Shown here: in pieces, positions 60,955-64,000 of the stretch
How the letters are laid out: the number at the start of each line of letters is the position of its first letter
Position numbering within the stretch: position 1 is the first letter of the stretch
Notes under the pieces: model-generated
Seen by the model: only the letters and a program-made list of their open reading frames with translations
The model's database searches: none
Told to the model about the DNA's origin: nothing
Source: Azolla caroliniana
Taxonomy: Eukaryota; Plantae; Polypodiophyta
DNA: 64,000 bases
Reading direction: 5' to 3'
NCBI GenBank assembly: GCA_043228905.1
Contig: JBHGNT010000002.1
Coordinates: forward strand, 26,040,001-26,104,000
Position numbers and translations under genes: made by a program

Positions 60955-62903
60955 TTCCTATTCTCTCTCTCTCGTTCTCTCTCTGAAAGAAACGAAACAG
61001 TTTCGCATCATGCAACCATTTTCTCATTTTTCTCTTTCTCTGAAAACATCAGTTTTGCATCCGAAAATTCCAAATATCTGTATTCCTCATATCATCATCT
61101 CTTTTTTTCCCCTCTCTTTCGTTTTTTTTACTGCCTCATTTTAGATGTTTTGACGCTTAGGGTTTTGTTTTTGTTCTTTTGATCTTTGAAAGCTATCTTT
61201 ATGATAGCTATGACCAAGCAGTAACGATTTTATCTATGTTTGAAAAATGTTGCTTTAAACTGTAGCTATCTCTGTGATATAATCTATCATTAAGTATTTT
61301 GGGCCATTCAATTAGTCTATTGAGATTTGAATTAGCATTCTAGAGATCTGTTAGTACCGTGTTAACTTTTTCAGCTATTCAAAAAGACATTTTTATCTTT
61401 GTATTAGCATTGGAGGGTATATAGGTCTATATTAGCATTTGGTAGATCTAAGTTATTATTATTTATCTTTGTATTAACGTTGTGGGTGATCTAATTATAC
61501 ATTCTAGCATTATATAAGCTTCGGAGGAGATCTAATTACCCATTAGCTTTTTAGTAGTATTGTATATATTAGCTCGACATCAGCATCCTTGGCGATATAA
61601 GTAAGGATTTTAAGAATTTGATCGATTTTAGGTCTTAACATTATATTAGCATCGTGGACAATGTGATGAATATATGTTAGTTTTATGTTATCATTCTTAT
61701 AGCATTTTTGGAAATTTAATTAGTTACATTTAACATCACATTAACATTCAGGCCATTACATTGTTATATCAACATTTCATTAGCACTATATTAGCATTTT
61801 GGAGAAACGTGCACTAAGCTCCGCATTAGAGAGCTTTATTGGCACGTGCATATAACCTTTCCAAATACCCATACATATATGCATGAATGCAGATACCTAC
61901 ACCTATATGGCCTATAACTGCATGCATAAATGCTTATACATACATTTATCTATACATAAATATATATTCATACATCTATCTATACATAAATATATATGCA
62001 TACTCAGACACACCCATGCGCATATGAACTCACACACATGTGCACGCACATACATATAGATACTATTATGTTTTTCTCCTTCTATTGATTTCCTTATTCA
62101 CAACATCGACGATTTCCCGTTTTAACTGCATTTGGTCATTTAATGCTTTCTTTTCGTGTTTGTGTTCCTTGAAGGGATTCTCTGCTTTTCTCATGAGATA
62201 TTTTTTTAATCAGATTAGATCTGATTTCATTATTCCCGAAACATTTTATCTTTTTCAAGTTCAATGCTAGATAATGGAAACAAAATCTCATTATTATTTA
62301 AGGATTTAGAGAGAACTGATGCCTATTTCTAATTGATTTATATTGGATTATAGATTAGCTACTCTGAAAGAATTGATTACCCTACTCTATCAATGCATCA
62401 CTTGAGTAGCTATAAACAATCTAATAAAAAAGGATTATTTTTACTGTATTCTGTGATCTTCAATGTTTTACGTAATCTAGTATCGGCATATTTAAAAGGT
62501 AAAAACACTGAAGTTCGTTCTTATTTGTTTCCCACAATTCCTTGAGTTTTCATTATTTCCCCAACTGTCCTCAATCAATCCTCCTGAAGAGAGAGAAATG
62601 ATTATCCAATTACTCAAGTAGCACATCTAACTGAAGAAGTGGATGAATTGGCCATATGATTGCCCAAATAGCAGGTATCATTTTCTTGAGTGGGGGCTGT
62701 CAAATGCATTTGGGGAAATAATGGAAGGGCGTTTGGGGAAATAAATAAAACTGAGAATTTATGTAGTTAACATGCTCTGACTGTTGGCACATTGTTTCCC
62801 ATAAGATATATTGATATGGTAAATGTGGTCATGTGATTGAGTATATATCTTACTAATCTTGAAAAATTATGTTTGTATTATGTAGCATCCAAGTTTGCTT
62901 AGT

Positions 62904-64000
62904 ATGGCATCTGAAGGAAGGGATGGGAAATCTGATGTGGAGCGAGACACTGATGATGAAAGAAGGGGCAAGACAAAAATAGGTGCACTGAGAGCGATAG
63001 CAAAGATGAATTCAAAGAAGCTAAGAAACTCATTGACAAGGCGACGAAGGAAACATGTTGGCACACTTGAAATTAGAGACATAAGGGATGAGCAAGACCA
63101 GATAGCAGTTGAGGGGTTTCGCCAAATACTTCTGGAAGAGAATCTGCTACCAGCTCGACATGATGATTATCACATTCTCCTAAGGTTAGCTTTCTACCAT
63201 GAATATTAGCCAAAGAAGAGAATTAAGATATTTGCGATGACTTTAATTGCTGCTTATTGTTCTGATCTCGTTCTAAGAGGTTCAATGTATCATGTCCTTA
63301 CCGTATTATTGTTATTTTTACATGGAAGGTTAGCTTTCTACCATGAATATTAGCCAAAGAAGAGAATTAAGATATTTGCGATGACTTTAATTGCTGCTTA
63401 TTGTTCTGATCTCGTTCTAAGAGGTTCAATGTATCATGTCCTTACCGTATTATTGTTATTTTTACATGGAAGGTTAGCTTTCTACCATGAATATTAGCCA
63501 AAGAAGAGAATTAAGATATTTGCGATGACTTTAATTGCTGCTTATTGTTCTGATCTCGTTCTAAGAGGTTCAATGTTTCATGTCCTTACCGTATTATAGT
63601 TATTTTTACATGGGATTGATTGTTTATGTGAAAGTGTGGAAGGAACAATATGAGATGCATATATAGGCATTGCTGTTGAATATTTTTAGTCAAATTTTGT
63701 ACGTATGGTTTGATGCAATGTGCAAGGTATAAATGAACAATTTTTCATCTGTATATAGAGAGTTAGCCCGTGCTCCATTTTGCAAAGTATTTGTTCTATG
63801 AAATTAGTTTAGTGCTTTTGATGCAATGCAGCTGATGCTTTTGAATTTATTGGACTATTATTGGTTTTATTATTTAAGCAAAGCTTTTCTAAGATATTTT
63901 ATTTTTCTAATGTTTTAATTCAGGTTTTTGAAAGCTCGCAAATTTGATATCTTAAAAACCAAAAAAATGTGGGTTGATATGCTTCAATGGAGAATGGAGT
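62904..64000 (+). CDS. SFH: SEC14-like phosphatidylinositol/phosphatidylcholine transfer protein (SFH family), 5' part; exons 62904-63184 and 63924->64000
   Basis: DDERRGKTKIGALR...SKKLRNSLTRR...IRDIRDEQDQIAVEGFRQILLEENLLPARHDDYHILLR|FLKARKFDILKTKKMWVDMLQWR is the CRAL-TRIO N domain of plant SFH proteins. The intron is a phase-2 GT-AG. Confidence 0.92.
63182..63613 (+). repeat. 3 x 144-bp near-perfect tandem repeat beginning at the SEC14 exon/intron boundary
   Basis: Units start at 63182, 63326 and 63470, each beginning AAG|GTTAGC. Copy 3 has ~2 differences. Confidence 0.95.

Noticed and set aside
63182-63613. CRISPR-like array
   Set aside because: The context is eukaryotic and the units are contiguous with no unique spacers.

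Overview
AT-rich eukaryotic land-plant DNA, most consistent with a fern or other non-seed plant (inferred from the Copia lineage and LINE types). It holds four host genes: a 5'-truncated NF-YA transcription factor (+, <1-3764), a 21+-exon kinesin-7 of the KIN7C/D/E (MKRP) type (-, ~6753-14677) whose C-terminal RING exons appear decayed, an intronless A1 aspartic protease (+, 36421-38130) with an unusual Tyr-containing peptide-repeat cassette in its pro-segment, and the 5' part of a SEC14/SFH gene (+, 62904->64000) whose splice donor is triplicated. The rest is TE-rich. An L1-like LINE is interrupted by a probable solo LTR and then by a ~9.3-kb tail-to-tail pair of related Copia elements (22157-31450); this pair forms a giant inverted repeat between two convergent LTR promoters. 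A very young full-length Copia (41334-46689) has a TGAAA TSD, non-canonical TG...TA LTRs, no zinc knuckle and one nonsense codon. There are also a hAT MITE, further LINE remnants, tandem duplications and microsatellites. All calls were made by eye from the sequence and ORF track, with no database searches.
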